DNA of 64,000 bases from Bdellovibrio sp. (GCA_036677065.1 JAKFBS010000002.1:800001-864000), one strand, 5' to 3'. Positions 1-9,525 are shown, numbered from the stretch's first letter. Notes: generated by a model not told the origin, from the sequence alone. A program made the numbers and translations.

Positions 1-3000
1 AGCCTAAATTCGTGCGTGCTGTTGCTGAACTTGTTAAATCAGATAAATTATTTGATTTAACAACGTAATTGGAAAGCGTCGTCATGCTGACTTTATTCAT
101 CAGAGTAGTGTAATCAGCATTTGAAATTAAGCCTGCAGTTACAGAACCTGCAGAAGCTAAAGGAATATTTAATGTATGCATACCGTTTACCGTCACGAAA
201 GCAGGAGTCGTTCCCGTTGTACCATTGGCAAAAGTTTGGGTACTCGAAGTTGAACCGTTGATCGATATAATTCCGCTTCCGGCCACACCGAAAGCTGACC
301 ATGTTGATCCATTACAGTACTCTATGTTGCCAGAATTATACCGCAAAGTTCCCGCGTAGTTTGTCGCACAAGCTGCAGATTCCATACTGATTTGAATTCC
401 ACCTGAAACAGAAAGTTTAGTGACGGGGGTAGTTGTGCCGATGCCGACAGTTCCTGCAGAAGTGATTCTTAGAGACTCATTTCCACCGCCCAGTGTCTGA
501 AACCGTATGTCACCGCCGTTACCATCGGTATTATTGGTAATTTCTAATGTGTTGACCGAATTCATGCGCATCACATCGCGATTTTCAGTGTTAGCTGCAT
601 TTTTAAAACGAATACTGGCGTCATTATTCATAACAATGTGTCCACCACTCATGAATAACCAACCAGTTAAAGTCTGACTACCTTCTACGTATAAAGGTGT
701 TGTCGGATTAACAGTGCCAATACCTACATTACCACCCGCGTAGTTGATCGTCGTTCCCGACGTTGTCCATTGCGAACTGACCGCGCCACTCGCTTGCGGT
801 GTATACCCTAACGCTGTAGCGACATCACTGGCTGATAGCTGTGCGCCACTGGTCACGCGGCCTTTGCTATCAACTGTTACTTTTGTATATTGTGATCCAC
901 TTGTTACATTACTTTGATTGATCAAACGAGCATCGGCGATAGTTCCAGTAGCAGAGGCTGAACCTAGATCTAAACTTGATACGGTAGCAAAACCACCTAA
1001 ACCTAAATTGGTTCGTGCTGATGCACTTGAAGTCAGGTCAGATAAGTTATTTGCTTTAACCAAGTAATTTCCTAGTGAAGTTGCACTTGCAGGAACATAA
1101 CCTAGCACTTGTGCAATTGATGCAGCACTTGATGTAATTTTATTTGAAAAATTTAAATAATCAGAATTTGAAATTAAACCTGCAGTCGTAGTTCCTGCTG
1201 ATGCATATGGAATATTTAATGTGTGTACTCCATTGTCAGTGACGAACAATGGTGCCGAACCTGTGCTTCCATTTGCAAAGATTTGTGTGGCTGAAGACGA
1301 ACCATTTAAAGTTGTTACTCCAGTACTAGCCGCATTGGCTGGAGTGTAGCCTAAAGCAGTTGTTACATCTGATAGCGATAATTGCGCCCCACTAGTCACG
1401 CGGCCTTTGCCATCGACTGTGACTTTTGTATATTGTGATCCACTTGTTACATTTGCAAAACTTGGCAAACGTGCTTCTGCTAATATACCTGTTGCAGATG
1501 CTGAACTTAAATCTAAACTTGATACTGTAGCAAAACCACCTAAACCTAAATTGGTTCGTGCTGATGCACTTGAAGATAAATCACTTAGATTATTTGTTAT
1601 GGCTAAGTAATTTCCTAAAGCTGTACTGCTGGCCGGAGTGTATCCAAGAGCTGAAATAACCGAAGCACTGGTGGCGTTCAGCTTATTAGCGAATGTTTGA
1701 TAATCGGTATTTGATAAAAGACCCGCCGTCACCGCTGCAGAGGCCGCATACGGAATATGAAAAGTATGTACTCCGTTTAAAGTCTGAATATTCGGGGCAA
1801 TGCCCCCAATGCCTGAAGAAAAATTTTGTGTACCGGAAGCTGAACCGTTTAATCCGGTGATTCCGGCGCCCGCAACTCCGAAGGCTGACCATACTGTACC
1901 ATTACAGAATTCTACATTTCCTGCATTGAATCGCAATGTACCCGCCAGCACTGAAGTACACGCGGTATTTTCACTACCGATGCGCACCCCACCCGATACA
2001 TCTAAAGTGGTTACAGGATTCATGTGACCGATACCCACAAAACCCGCTGAATAACTGATACCTGTTCCCGATGTTACCCATTGCGATGAGATTCCACCAC
2101 TCGCCGCTGGGGTATAACCCAGGGCTGAGACTATGGCAGAACTTGTCGCATTCATTTTATTTGCGAATGTTGTGTAATCAGAATTTGAAATCAAACCCGC
2201 AGTGACTGATCCTGCGGATGCAAGCGGAATATTTAACGTGTGCACTCCGTTAACAGTCACGAACGCAGGCGTTGTACCCGTCACACCATTTGCAAAACTT
2301 TGTGTCGCTGATGCTGAACCATTTAAGGTAGTGATCCCGGCGCTGGCCGCATTGGCCGGCGTATAACCTAAAGCTGAAACAACATCACTTGAAGAAATTG
2401 TCGTTACCGTTTGACTGGTCCATGACAAGTTGCCGCTGCCATCAGTTGTTAAAAATTGGCCACTCACGCCATCATCGCTTGGAAAAATTAAATTATAACT
2501 AGCTGATAGACTTGTTGGTGCCTGTAGTCTGATTGAAAACGCCGTGCTCGGTTTAAAGATATCTACATAGTTTGTTCTTGTACTGTTTGCGTAGACATCA
2601 TTTGCCCAGATATTTCCCGAAGCATCGCGAAGCACTAAAGTATTTGCCGTGTTTGAGACCGCTGCCGCTGCAGAAATTTGCGCTGTGATTTGTGTAGCTA
2701 CCGCAGATGAGCTGACCGGAGCATAACCTAAAGCATTTGCAATTTCTGTGCTGCTGGCTGACATCTTAGTTTTAAATTCGGCATAATCAGCTGCCGTTAA
2801 ATAACCGTCACTCGACATTGAAGCTACGCTGATTGAAATCACCGGGGCACTTGCAGATCCTGAAACCATGACCGGCGCTGTTCCTGAAACAGAAAGCAGA
2901 CCGTCTGTACTACTACTGCCTACGGCGACGCAGCCAAAAGAGGCTCCGTTAAATTGCAAAGCTTGCGAGGCAGAGCAAGTCGGTATTGACGTCACTTGCA

Positions 3001-3517
3001 CAAAATCAAGATCGGTTTTTCCGTTCAATTGAGTCGAATTTTTAGCGTACATCGCATACGGCACATGATTAATATTCATTGCCGGTAATGTTTGCCAGCC
3101 AAGACCATCATGAAATTGCATCACAATTTTGCGCAGATCATTTGCGGCTGGAATATAAGCCGGAGGCCCGCCTGCGGCACACGAAAGCGCTGTGCCATCG
3201 TTATTAAATACATCAGAAAAATTCACGCTACCGCTTACGGGAAAAGTTTTTATTCCCGAGCCCAAAGAAAAATTAACTAAACCGCCGCTGCCGGCCATAT
3301 TAATGGTATTAAAATTTTCTGCATAGAGAATGCAGGCTCCCAAAGGATTTAAAATCGTAAAACGAAAATTTACGTTGGTTGATTCTAGAGGCGTGCCATC
3401 TGGTTTAATAATTTTTGCCTGATACGTGGTGTACATGCCTGCGGCTTGCGTTGAAAACGATAACAGCATAGCTATAGCAAAACTTAGGACAGTGGTTATT
3501 TTTTTGAACATTCCCAT
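1..3517 (-). CDS. Bdellovibrio MAT-type (mosaic adhesive trimer) phage-tail-fibre-like adhesin; 3' end lies outside the window (>=1172 aa)
   Basis: Hand translation from ATG 3517 is open to position 2 with no stop. Signal peptide MGMFKKITTVLSFAIAMLLSFSTQA, then YTTYQAKIIKPDGTPLESTNVNFRFTILNPLGACILYAE...VPYAMYA, typical of Bdellovibrio fibre N-termini. Fibre motifs ALGYTP, YTKVTVD(S/G)KGRVTSG, NNLSDL..ARTNLG, GNVGIGT. Absent from the ORF track because its stop is outside the window. Confidence 0.9.
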   Translation of the reverse strand, partial: MGMFKKITTVLSFAIAMLLSFSTQAAGMYTTYQAKIIKPDGTPLESTNVNFRFTILNPLGACILYAENFNTINMAGSGGLVNFSLGSGIKTFPVSGSVNFSDVFNNDGTALSCAAGGPPAYIPAANDLRKIVMQFHDGLGWQTLPAMNINHVPYAMYAKNSTQLNGKTDLDFVQVTSIPTCSASQALQFNGASFGCVAVGSSSTDGLLSVSGTAPVMVSGSASAPVISISVASMSSDGYLTAADYAEFKTKMSASSTEIANALGYAPVSSSAVATQITAQISAAAAVSNTANTLVLRDASGNIWANDVYANSTRTNYVDIFKPSTAFSIRLQAPTSLSASYNLIFPSDDGVSGQFLTTDGSGNLSWTSQTVTTISSSDVVSALGYTPANAASAGITTLNGSASATQSFANGVTGTTPAFVTVNGVHTLNIPLASAGSVTAGLISNSDYTTFANKMNATSSAIVSALGYTPAASGGISSQWVTSGTGISYSAGFVGIGHMNPVTTLDVSGGVRIGSENTACTSVLAGTLRFNAGNVEFCNGTVWSAFGVAGAGITGLNGSASGTQNFSSGIGGIAPNIQTLNGVHTFHIPYAASAAVTAGLLSNTDYQTFANKLNATSASVISALGYTPASSTALGNYLAITNNLSDLSSSASARTNLGLGGFATVSSLDLSSASATGILAEARLPSFANVTSGSQYTKVTVDGKGRVTSGAQLSLSDVTTALGYTPANAASTGVTTLNGSSSATQIFANGSTGSAPLFVTDNGVHTLNIPYASAGTTTAGLISNSDYLNFSNKITSSAASIAQVLGYVPASATSLGNYLVKANNLSDLTSSASARTNLGLGGFATVSSLDLGSASATGTIADARLINQSNVTSGSQYTKVTVDSKGRVTSGAQLSASDVATALGYTPQASGAVSSQWTTSGTTINYAGGNVGIGTVNPTTPLYVEGSQTLTGWLFMSGGHIVMNNDASIRFKNAANTENRDVMRMNSVNTLEITNNTDGNGGDIRFQTLGGGNESLRITSAGTVGIGTTTPVTKLSVSGGIQISMESAACATNYAGTLRYNSGNIEYCNGSTWSAFGVAGSGIISINGSTSSTQTFANGTTGTTPAFVTVNGMHTLNIPLASAGSVTAGLISNADYTTLMNKVSMTTLSNYVVKSNNLSDLTSSATARTNLG
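838..1617. repeat. Intragenic duplication in the fibre gene (~838-1070 vs ~1381-1617, offset 543 bp = 181 codons)
   Basis: 49-bp exact match at 984-1032 and 1527-1575, with highly similar flanks encoding NNLSDL..ARTNLGLGGFATVSSLDL and YTKVTVD.KGRVTSGAQLS. Confidence 0.9.
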
Positions 3518-3524
3518 GTTTAGA

Positions 3525-3551
3525 TTATCGTCCGAAACAAAAAATTGCTTA
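3525..3551 (-). promoter_or_regulatory. sigma28 (FliA)-like promoter of the fibre gene
   Basis: Minus strand TAAG-N15-GACGATAA, 7 nt before ATG 3517; consensus is TAAA-N15-GCCGATAA. Confidence 0.7.
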
Positions 3552-3706
3552 AAAAACCAAATCGCCCGTAGACGCTCTAAAAGTATACTGGTAACTAAGC
3601 GCACCCAAGTAAGCAGTTTTTTATTTAATCCTTTGGTCCTGTTCAGTAGAGAAAACGACGCCTCTGCCTGAGACGCGCAGATAGTGGTTTCTAAGCCATT
3701 GCCAAG

Positions 3707-3738
3707 TTACCATTTTTTTTCGAAAGAATTACTCTTTC
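3707..3738 (+). promoter_or_regulatory. Putative sigma70 promoter overlapped by a palindromic operator, upstream of the TIGR02147-like gene
   Basis: TTACCA(3707-3712)-N17-TACTCT(3730-3735); inverted repeat GAAAGA-N5-TCTTTC at 3722-3738 covers the -10. Confidence 0.4.
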
Positions 3739-3756
3739 AACAAAAATGAGTTAAGT

Positions 3757-4566
3757 TTGAAGACAATGACGAATCAAGCTCCTGAAGACTACTTAAGAAT
3801 TTTACAGAATGAATTTCAACAACGAAAACAAAAGAATAAAAAATACTCTTTGCGCGCCTTTGCCAAATTTCTTGGAGTAAGCCATGCCCTTTTATCTTTA
3901 GTGTTTCTTAAGAAAAAAGGGCTCTCACTTAAGATGGCTGAAAAAATCAGTGCGAAGCTGGCCTTAAGCCATTTAGAACGTAATATTTTTGTCAGCAGCG
4001 TTGAGAAATGTTTTTCTCGCAGCGCCAATAAAAAAACCAAAGCTGGTCAGGTCTTAAAAGAACTGCAAAAACAAAAACAGTTCAAATCACTGACTCAAGA
4101 TACTGTTAGCCAGATTGATCATTGGGCTTATGTGGCCGTGTTTGAAGCTATTTACAGTAAAAAAGCCCTAACCACGAAAGAGCTTTGTTTCTTCTTCGAT
4201 CAAAAGCCTTCAATGATCATAAAAGTTGTAACTTATCTGCAAGAAATATCGGCAATTGCCGATGAGAATGGCACATTTTCAGCTATTTCTTCATCATTAC
4301 AAACCAGCAATGATATCCCCGCTAAAGCAATGGTTAGTTATCACATTTCAATGGCTCAAAAAGCCATCAGCTCAATCCAACAACAGCCCGTGCACATGCG
4401 CGAATTTCAAAATGCTATACTGACAGTCAACCAAGAGTCTTTAGGCGAAGCTAAAAAAATGATTCGCAACTTCATCCATGACTTTAACACCCGTTTTTAT
4501 GTGGACAACGATACCAGTCAGCTTTATTCCTTGTTTGTCAGTTTTTTTAAAATGGGAAAAGAATAA
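3757..4566 (+). CDS. TIGR02147/DUF4423-family protein with N-terminal HTH
   Basis: KNKKYSLRAFAKFLGVSHALLSLV HTH-like start, W..VAVFE middle, HMREFQNAILTV...AKKMIRNF...LYSLFVSFF C-terminus; ~270 aa. Start may be ATG 3766. Confidence 0.8.
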   Translation: MKTMTNQAPEDYLRILQNEFQQRKQKNKKYSLRAFAKFLGVSHALLSLVFLKKKGLSLKMAEKISAKLALSHLERNIFVSSVEKCFSRSANKKTKAGQVLKELQKQKQFKSLTQDTVSQIDHWAYVAVFEAIYSKKALTTKELCFFFDQKPSMIIKVVTYLQEISAIADENGTFSAISSSLQTSNDIPAKAMVSYHISMAQKAISSIQQQPVHMREFQNAILTVNQESLGEAKKMIRNFIHDFNTRFYVDNDTSQLYSLFVSFFKMGKE

Positions 4567-4567
4567 C

Positions 4568-5599
4568 GTGAAAGCCTGCAAAATTATTTTTATTTCAGCC
4601 CTTTTATCAGCCCTAACTGTTTTTGCCGGTCCTAGCGTTATTGGTAACGGCGGCAATGGCGTTTTTTTAGAAAACAAATTTTATGTTCTTGATCTGGTTG
4701 AAGCAGATTCTCATATCAAGCCCTTCATAAAAGAAACCGTAGCTACATACTATTACGATCGCTTAAAGTACGCACTTCATGCTCTTGAAGATCAGGCGCT
4801 TGTAGCCCTTGTTGCCAGAAAAATTACCGAGGCTGGGGCCCTTGATTTAATTTACACCGAAGCCCTACTTCGTACTTTTGAAGCCATTCGCTGGAACTTG
4901 GTTGATTATCGTTTAACACCGATGCCTGTAATAACTCCGGTCGCAGCAGCTCAGCACCAAATTGCAATTCGCACGAGCGATAATATTCTGATTGATCGCT
5001 ACTATTGGAATTTATTAACCCTTGAACATCGCACGGCCTTATTATTTCACGAGGTTAATTTTATTCTAATTCGCCCTAGCTCAATAGCAGACGATGATGA
5101 CTTTCAAAAATCAGCCTTTCAATCACGCTTGCTTACGGGTTATATTTTTTCAGATTCAATGGCGAAAGAATTCGGCCCTTCTTTTTCGCGCCGTCTGTCT
5201 CCGCTTTTTCCTTCAAAATTAATGAAAATCAACGGCGAAGATGTTTTTTCGGTTTATAAAACTAAAGCATTTTCAGCATTTGCCTATGAAGATGTCATTA
5301 CGGCTAATCCTTATCTTGAAATTATTTTTAAAGACTCTAAAGTTAAAATGAATGTTTTCAGAGCCAGCCAGGACGATGTCATTACAGCGATTTGCAAGCA
5401 AAATGAAATACCGAATTCAGTGGAACTGCGCACTCACATTATGCATTTAGAGCTTTATAAAGGCGATAATAATTCGCAAGATTACCTGTCGTTTCACCCA
5501 GCTTCAGACGAAGGTTTTCCCGCGATAAAACCTTTGAAAAGCACCTGTGTGCAACAAGCTTCAAAATTGCATCACGATCTTATACGTCACATCGATTAA
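4568..5599 (+). CDS. Secreted hypothetical protein with GNGG motif and degenerate HExxH-like site
   Basis: GTG 4568, 1 nt after the upstream stop, gives signal peptide MKACKIIFISALLSALTVFA followed by GPSVIGNGGNG; internal RTALLFHEVNF. Confidence 0.7.
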   Translation: MKACKIIFISALLSALTVFAGPSVIGNGGNGVFLENKFYVLDLVEADSHIKPFIKETVATYYYDRLKYALHALEDQALVALVARKITEAGALDLIYTEALLRTFEAIRWNLVDYRLTPMPVITPVAAAQHQIAIRTSDNILIDRYYWNLLTLEHRTALLFHEVNFILIRPSSIADDDDFQKSAFQSRLLTGYIFSDSMAKEFGPSFSRRLSPLFPSKLMKINGEDVFSVYKTKAFSAFAYEDVITANPYLEIIFKDSKVKMNVFRASQDDVITAICKQNEIPNSVELRTHIMHLELYKGDNNSQDYLSFHPASDEGFPAIKPLKSTCVQQASKLHHDLIRHID

Positions 5600-5620
5600 G
5601 GCCCTAGCAGCCCGTAGGGA

Positions 5621-6442
5621 TTACGTTTCTAGATCGAAGCTTCCGGTTTTGCGCAATTGGCCCACGACCTGGTCGACTTCTAATTCTTTTTCGAACTCCA
5701 CCACAAGCGAGCCATCAATCAAGATCTTAGGGTTAATCGCTAATTTTAGAACTTCACGATAAACTTTTTTCGCAGTTGGATTTTTGCGGGCATTTTTTAA
5801 ATAAGTAATTACATTTGATAAAACGATAAACGGGTAGAAAATCAAAAACCAGCAAAACGCACTGAATTTAAATTCTGAGAAGTGAATGTTTTTTATTTTA
5901 AAACCAGTTAATTTACCCATAAGACGTAACTTTTGAATGCCGACTAAAAACACGTGTCCTAAATAGATTTCGTTATCTTTTACGTTTTGATTTAACCAGA
6001 TAGAATCAACTTCATTCGGCGCCATATAACGATTAAATCTTTCAGACTCAGTTAATAAATAACTAAGTTTAGCGACGATATTTGAATAATTCGGAGTAGT
6101 TACGATTAAAGTTCCACCCATTTTTAAAATGTGTGAAAAGTTTTTTAAACTTTTTAACTGATCTGAAAAGTGCTCAATACCCTCTTGACATAAAATCATA
6201 TCAACCGAGTTCTTTTCTAATGGAAGGCCGGTCATAGCATCGGCTTTAATGCATTTTAAACTCGGGTATTTAAAAAATTCAGGAAACAAATCAAAAGGTA
6301 AAACTTTGATGTTCCAGCTTTTTTCATTCAGATATTGAGAGATCACCCCTGAACCTGCAGGAAAATCCACAACGGTTTTACCTTTGAACAGGGTTTCATT
6401 AGAATTTACATAGGCTTTAAAAATTTCTTTAAAATCTCTCAT
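5621..6442 (-). CDS. Class I SAM-dependent methyltransferase
   Basis: VVDFPAGSG motif I, DMILCQEGIEH, GGTLIVTTPN; hydrophobic C-terminal segment. Confidence 0.8.
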   Translation of the reverse strand: MRDFKEIFKAYVNSNETLFKGKTVVDFPAGSGVISQYLNEKSWNIKVLPFDLFPEFFKYPSLKCIKADAMTGLPLEKNSVDMILCQEGIEHFSDQLKSLKNFSHILKMGGTLIVTTPNYSNIVAKLSYLLTESERFNRYMAPNEVDSIWLNQNVKDNEIYLGHVFLVGIQKLRLMGKLTGFKIKNIHFSEFKFSAFCWFLIFYPFIVLSNVITYLKNARKNPTAKKVYREVLKLAINPKILIDGSLVVEFEKELEVDQVVGQLRKTGSFDLET

Positions 6443-6457
6443 ATTTTTAACTTCAAT

Positions 6458-7540
6458 CTACGGCGATATAAAATCGCAATATTTTTTACTTTGGTCTTTA
6501 AACTTTTGTTTAAACATAGCCAACATTTTCTGCGTTAGGTTTTTAATTTCAGTTTTATCTTTAGCCCACTGGTTTAATTTTTGAACTAAATTGCTTTCAT
6601 CATAAAACAACGACCAGTCGTTAAATTCAGATTCATCTGAATAAGACTTATCAAGCAATAAAGGTTTTTCGATCATAATTGACAAAGAATAAGTACCTGA
6701 AATTTTATATTTTTTATACAGATCAAAATACCGATTTTTGGGTCCGATTAAAGTCATCAGTAAATCTGCTGAATCAATTTGGCTATAGACTTCATTTTGC
6801 GGAACAAAGTGATCATAGAAAGAAAAATTTTTTTCTAACCCTGCAGCTTTAACTTTTTCGATAAGGTCTTTGCCATCTTTTTTACCGGCATTGCCTAAAA
6901 TCACAAATTTTATGTTGCCCGCTAATTTTTCAGGCCCACTTGTTAATGTTTGGATTAAGTCTAAATAATCGCGGCGGTGAAATTCGACAAAACCCGGAAT
7001 CGCAATTTTTAATTCTTCGGGGTTTTCATTTTTCTTTAATTTGTAATCAGTCATGTTGATGTAAAACGAAGAAAATTTAAATTTATCAGAAACTTTGCCT
7101 TTAAGATTTTTAATCACGTAATCTGCCAAGACAAAGTATTTTTTAATTTTTAAATTAATCAACGATTGGGTCAGGCTTCCGAAAATAAATTTATCCGCAT
7201 TGTGATGAACACCGATAAACTCGGTTCTTAAAAATAAACCTAACAGAGAAAGCCACTTAACCGACTGCCCCTGCCCGTCGTTCATTACGGCATAATCCGC
7301 ATCGATTGATTTTAGTTGTTTGAACGCTGTCCAGATGGCTTTAAATTTTGAATGTTTGGGTAAAACTGTTGCTGACTTAATTAAGCCAGCCTGAACTAAA
7401 TCTTTTGGCAACCCTTGTATGACTTCTTCAGTTGAAATGACATGCATTTCAAAGCGGTCTTTTGCCAAATACAACTGCGCGATCATCACATCAATTTGCA
7501 GAGGAGAAAAATCTATCCAGACCGTTTTTTTTGCACTCAT
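6458..7540 (-). CDS. Putative GT-B fold glycosyltransferase
   Basis: IAIPGFVEFHRRDY, KFVILG, FVPQNEVYSQIDSADLL, ISGTYSLSIMIEKPLL resemble a GT4 C-terminal domain. Confidence 0.55.
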   Translation of the reverse strand: MSAKKTVWIDFSPLQIDVMIAQLYLAKDRFEMHVISTEEVIQGLPKDLVQAGLIKSATVLPKHSKFKAIWTAFKQLKSIDADYAVMNDGQGQSVKWLSLLGLFLRTEFIGVHHNADKFIFGSLTQSLINLKIKKYFVLADYVIKNLKGKVSDKFKFSSFYINMTDYKLKKNENPEELKIAIPGFVEFHRRDYLDLIQTLTSGPEKLAGNIKFVILGNAGKKDGKDLIEKVKAAGLEKNFSFYDHFVPQNEVYSQIDSADLLMTLIGPKNRYFDLYKKYKISGTYSLSIMIEKPLLLDKSYSDESEFNDWSLFYDESNLVQKLNQWAKDKTEIKNLTQKMLAMFKQKFKDQSKKYCDFISP

Positions 7541-7611
7541 TCAGAACATAAGTTCACTTAAAACCAACACCCTGTCAATGAGCTGGAATTTAGCTTACTT
7601 TTAGGTCAGAA

Positions 7612-8583
7612 TTAGCGGCAAGTTCCTGTTTTAGGATCAGCCTCGATTTGCATGAACCACTTTTGAGACATCTGCGGACAGGCATCATGAAAGAAATTTA
7701 AACCAAACTGAACAGACGGGTTTTTACGATCCGGAGATTTGTTATTCGGGTAAATCGCGACAAATGTTTTTTGATTCGGATGTTGTAAAATAACATTCGT
7801 CGTTTTGCCGATTTGTTTTTGCGGATAATTCGCCAAATCGGCCACGCAACGTTTATTACCTTCGATAGCTACATATTTAAATGAAACTACTTTGTTATTC
7901 ACAATTTTAGCTTCCAACGTAGCAGCAAAAGATAAGCGAATACCATCGATAACATCGCCACTATAACTGCATTTGATATCTGCATTTAGGTCTTCTTTCA
8001 TTTGCCCGGTAGCACTTGTTTTAATTGTGCCTTTACCGCTGATCGGCCCCGCTTTTAATGTTGGTAATGGATCAGTAATACAATCCAAACACTCTGCCGT
8101 TTTTGGTTTTTTAATGGCTTGTAATTTATTTGTTGCTGCATTCATTGCATCTACCGCAGACCTTGCAGGAGCTACGTGCTCTTCTGGATCTGGCGAACGA
8201 AAAGCTGTGATCGGTTCGCGGGCTTCCATTCTTTCCGCGCGATCAGGAAATTTAGTGGCTGCTCCCATCGCAGTGAAAAAATTAAATAACGGACTTTGCA
8301 TGCTTTGCGAGGCCCACATTGTTTGCCCCATGTTAGGACCTGTCTGTGGCACGAATTGCATCGCATACTGGTTGTTTCCCATATTTACGGTTTGCAATAA
8401 ACGTAGACGGTCTTGTGGGCTAATCGTGGCCATTTGCAGTTGCTGTTGCGGCGTTAAGTTTTGCGGGTACATTTGGCGCATGTAAATATCAAGTTGGGGT
8501 GACGGCGCTGCAGGAACAGCTGTTGGCACTTGTGCTGCTGCATAAACTGCAAAAAATAAAACTAATCCAAGTATGATTTTCAC
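7612..8583 (-). CDS. Secreted hypothetical protein (Gln/Met-rich N-terminal region, CxxC, Cys-containing C-terminal domain)
   Basis: GTG start with AGGAG upstream; signal peptide MKIILGLVLFFAVYAAA; ECLDC. Confidence 0.75.
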   Translation of the reverse strand: MKIILGLVLFFAVYAAAQVPTAVPAAPSPQLDIYMRQMYPQNLTPQQQLQMATISPQDRLRLLQTVNMGNNQYAMQFVPQTGPNMGQTMWASQSMQSPLFNFFTAMGAATKFPDRAERMEAREPITAFRSPDPEEHVAPARSAVDAMNAATNKLQAIKKPKTAECLDCITDPLPTLKAGPISGKGTIKTSATGQMKEDLNADIKCSYSGDVIDGIRLSFAATLEAKIVNNKVVSFKYVAIEGNKRCVADLANYPQKQIGKTTNVILQHPNQKTFVAIYPNNKSPDRKNPSVQFGLNFFHDACPQMSQKWFMQIEADPKTGTCR

Positions 8584-8644
8584 AGCTCCTTTATCGACAA
8601 AAAGCAGAGTCGAATCAATGCGACTTCAGTCTAGAGTAGAGCCT

Positions 8645-9388
8645 CTATGAACCCCAACCTCCAGAAATACTGTAAGATTCGCCGGTAATCGTGCTGGCGC
8701 TATGAGAACATAGAAAATAGGTCAAATCGGCCACTTGGCTTGGCTGAGTCAGCTGCTTCACATGTTGAGCTTTAAGAAACACATTTTTTAAGACGTCGTC
8801 TTCGCTCATGTCGTTTAATTCCATTTGCGACTTAATTTGGTTACGCATTAAAGGTGTATCTACAAATCCTGGGCAAATGTTGTTGACCGTAATTCCAAAC
8901 TCAGCGCCCTCGATGGCCATGACTTTACTTAAACCGTGAACGCCGTGTTTAGCTGCCACATAGGCTGATTTGAACGGACTCGCCACTTTACCATGTACTG
9001 AACTAATGTTAACGATACGTCCAAATTTTTTATCTTTCATATCTTTAAAAACAGCACGCGAACAAAGAAATGTTCCTGTCAATAAAACACCGATTAACAG
9101 ATTCCATTTTTCCAGAGGATAATCTTCTATTGGACTCATGAATTGCAAACCGCAATTGTTTACTAAAATATCAGCTGTGCCCCATTGTTTTTTGACCTGT
9201 AAGTAGGCTTGCGCAACCGCGCTTTCGCTGCTGACATCACATTTAATAATCGGAAATCCTAAATCTTGTACTGGTACAGTGATATCCCAACCGATCGGTT
9301 GAATATTTTCAGACAACATTTTTTGCGCGATCGCTAAACCGATGCCACTTGAAGCACCTGTAATTATTGCAATTTTTTTTGAACTCAT
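8645..9388 (-). CDS. bdhA: 3-hydroxybutyrate dehydrogenase-like SDR
   Basis: TGASSGIG, NNCGLQFMSPIEDYP, SVHGKVASPFKSAYVAAKHG are typical of the HBDH subfamily. Confidence 0.75.
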   Translation of the reverse strand: MSSKKIAIITGASSGIGLAIAQKMLSENIQPIGWDITVPVQDLGFPIIKCDVSSESAVAQAYLQVKKQWGTADILVNNCGLQFMSPIEDYPLEKWNLLIGVLLTGTFLCSRAVFKDMKDKKFGRIVNISSVHGKVASPFKSAYVAAKHGVHGLSKVMAIEGAEFGITVNNICPGFVDTPLMRNQIKSQMELNDMSEDDVLKNVFLKAQHVKQLTQPSQVADLTYFLCSHSASTITGESYSISGGWGS

Positions 9389-9525
9389 GGGATTTCCTCT
9401 TCAAATTGTTGTGATATTTATGGCTTCTTCTATAGCAGTTGTCTACCATGTTGGCTATTCGTGTTATTGATTGTTTTATAGACGCGAGTCACCTACAAGA
9501 TGATTCAGGATTTAATCAAAAAATA

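Noticed and set aside
1..2800. Repeats in the fibre gene as a CRISPR array, DGR template/variable pair or prophage remnant
   Set aside because: The repeats are in-frame protein modules with mostly synonymous differences; there is no spacer periodicity, adenine-specific pattern, reverse transcriptase, cas gene or other phage gene, and the protein has a signal peptide.
114..3671. Six short ORFs in the track (114-302, 1407-1610, 1686-1892, 1800-2027, 3092-3280, 3426-3671)
   Set aside because: They are off-frame or antisense shadows of the long fibre ORF at 1-3517.
7973..8485. 170-aa plus-strand ORF
   Set aside because: Antisense to the secreted protein gene; no recognisable motifs.
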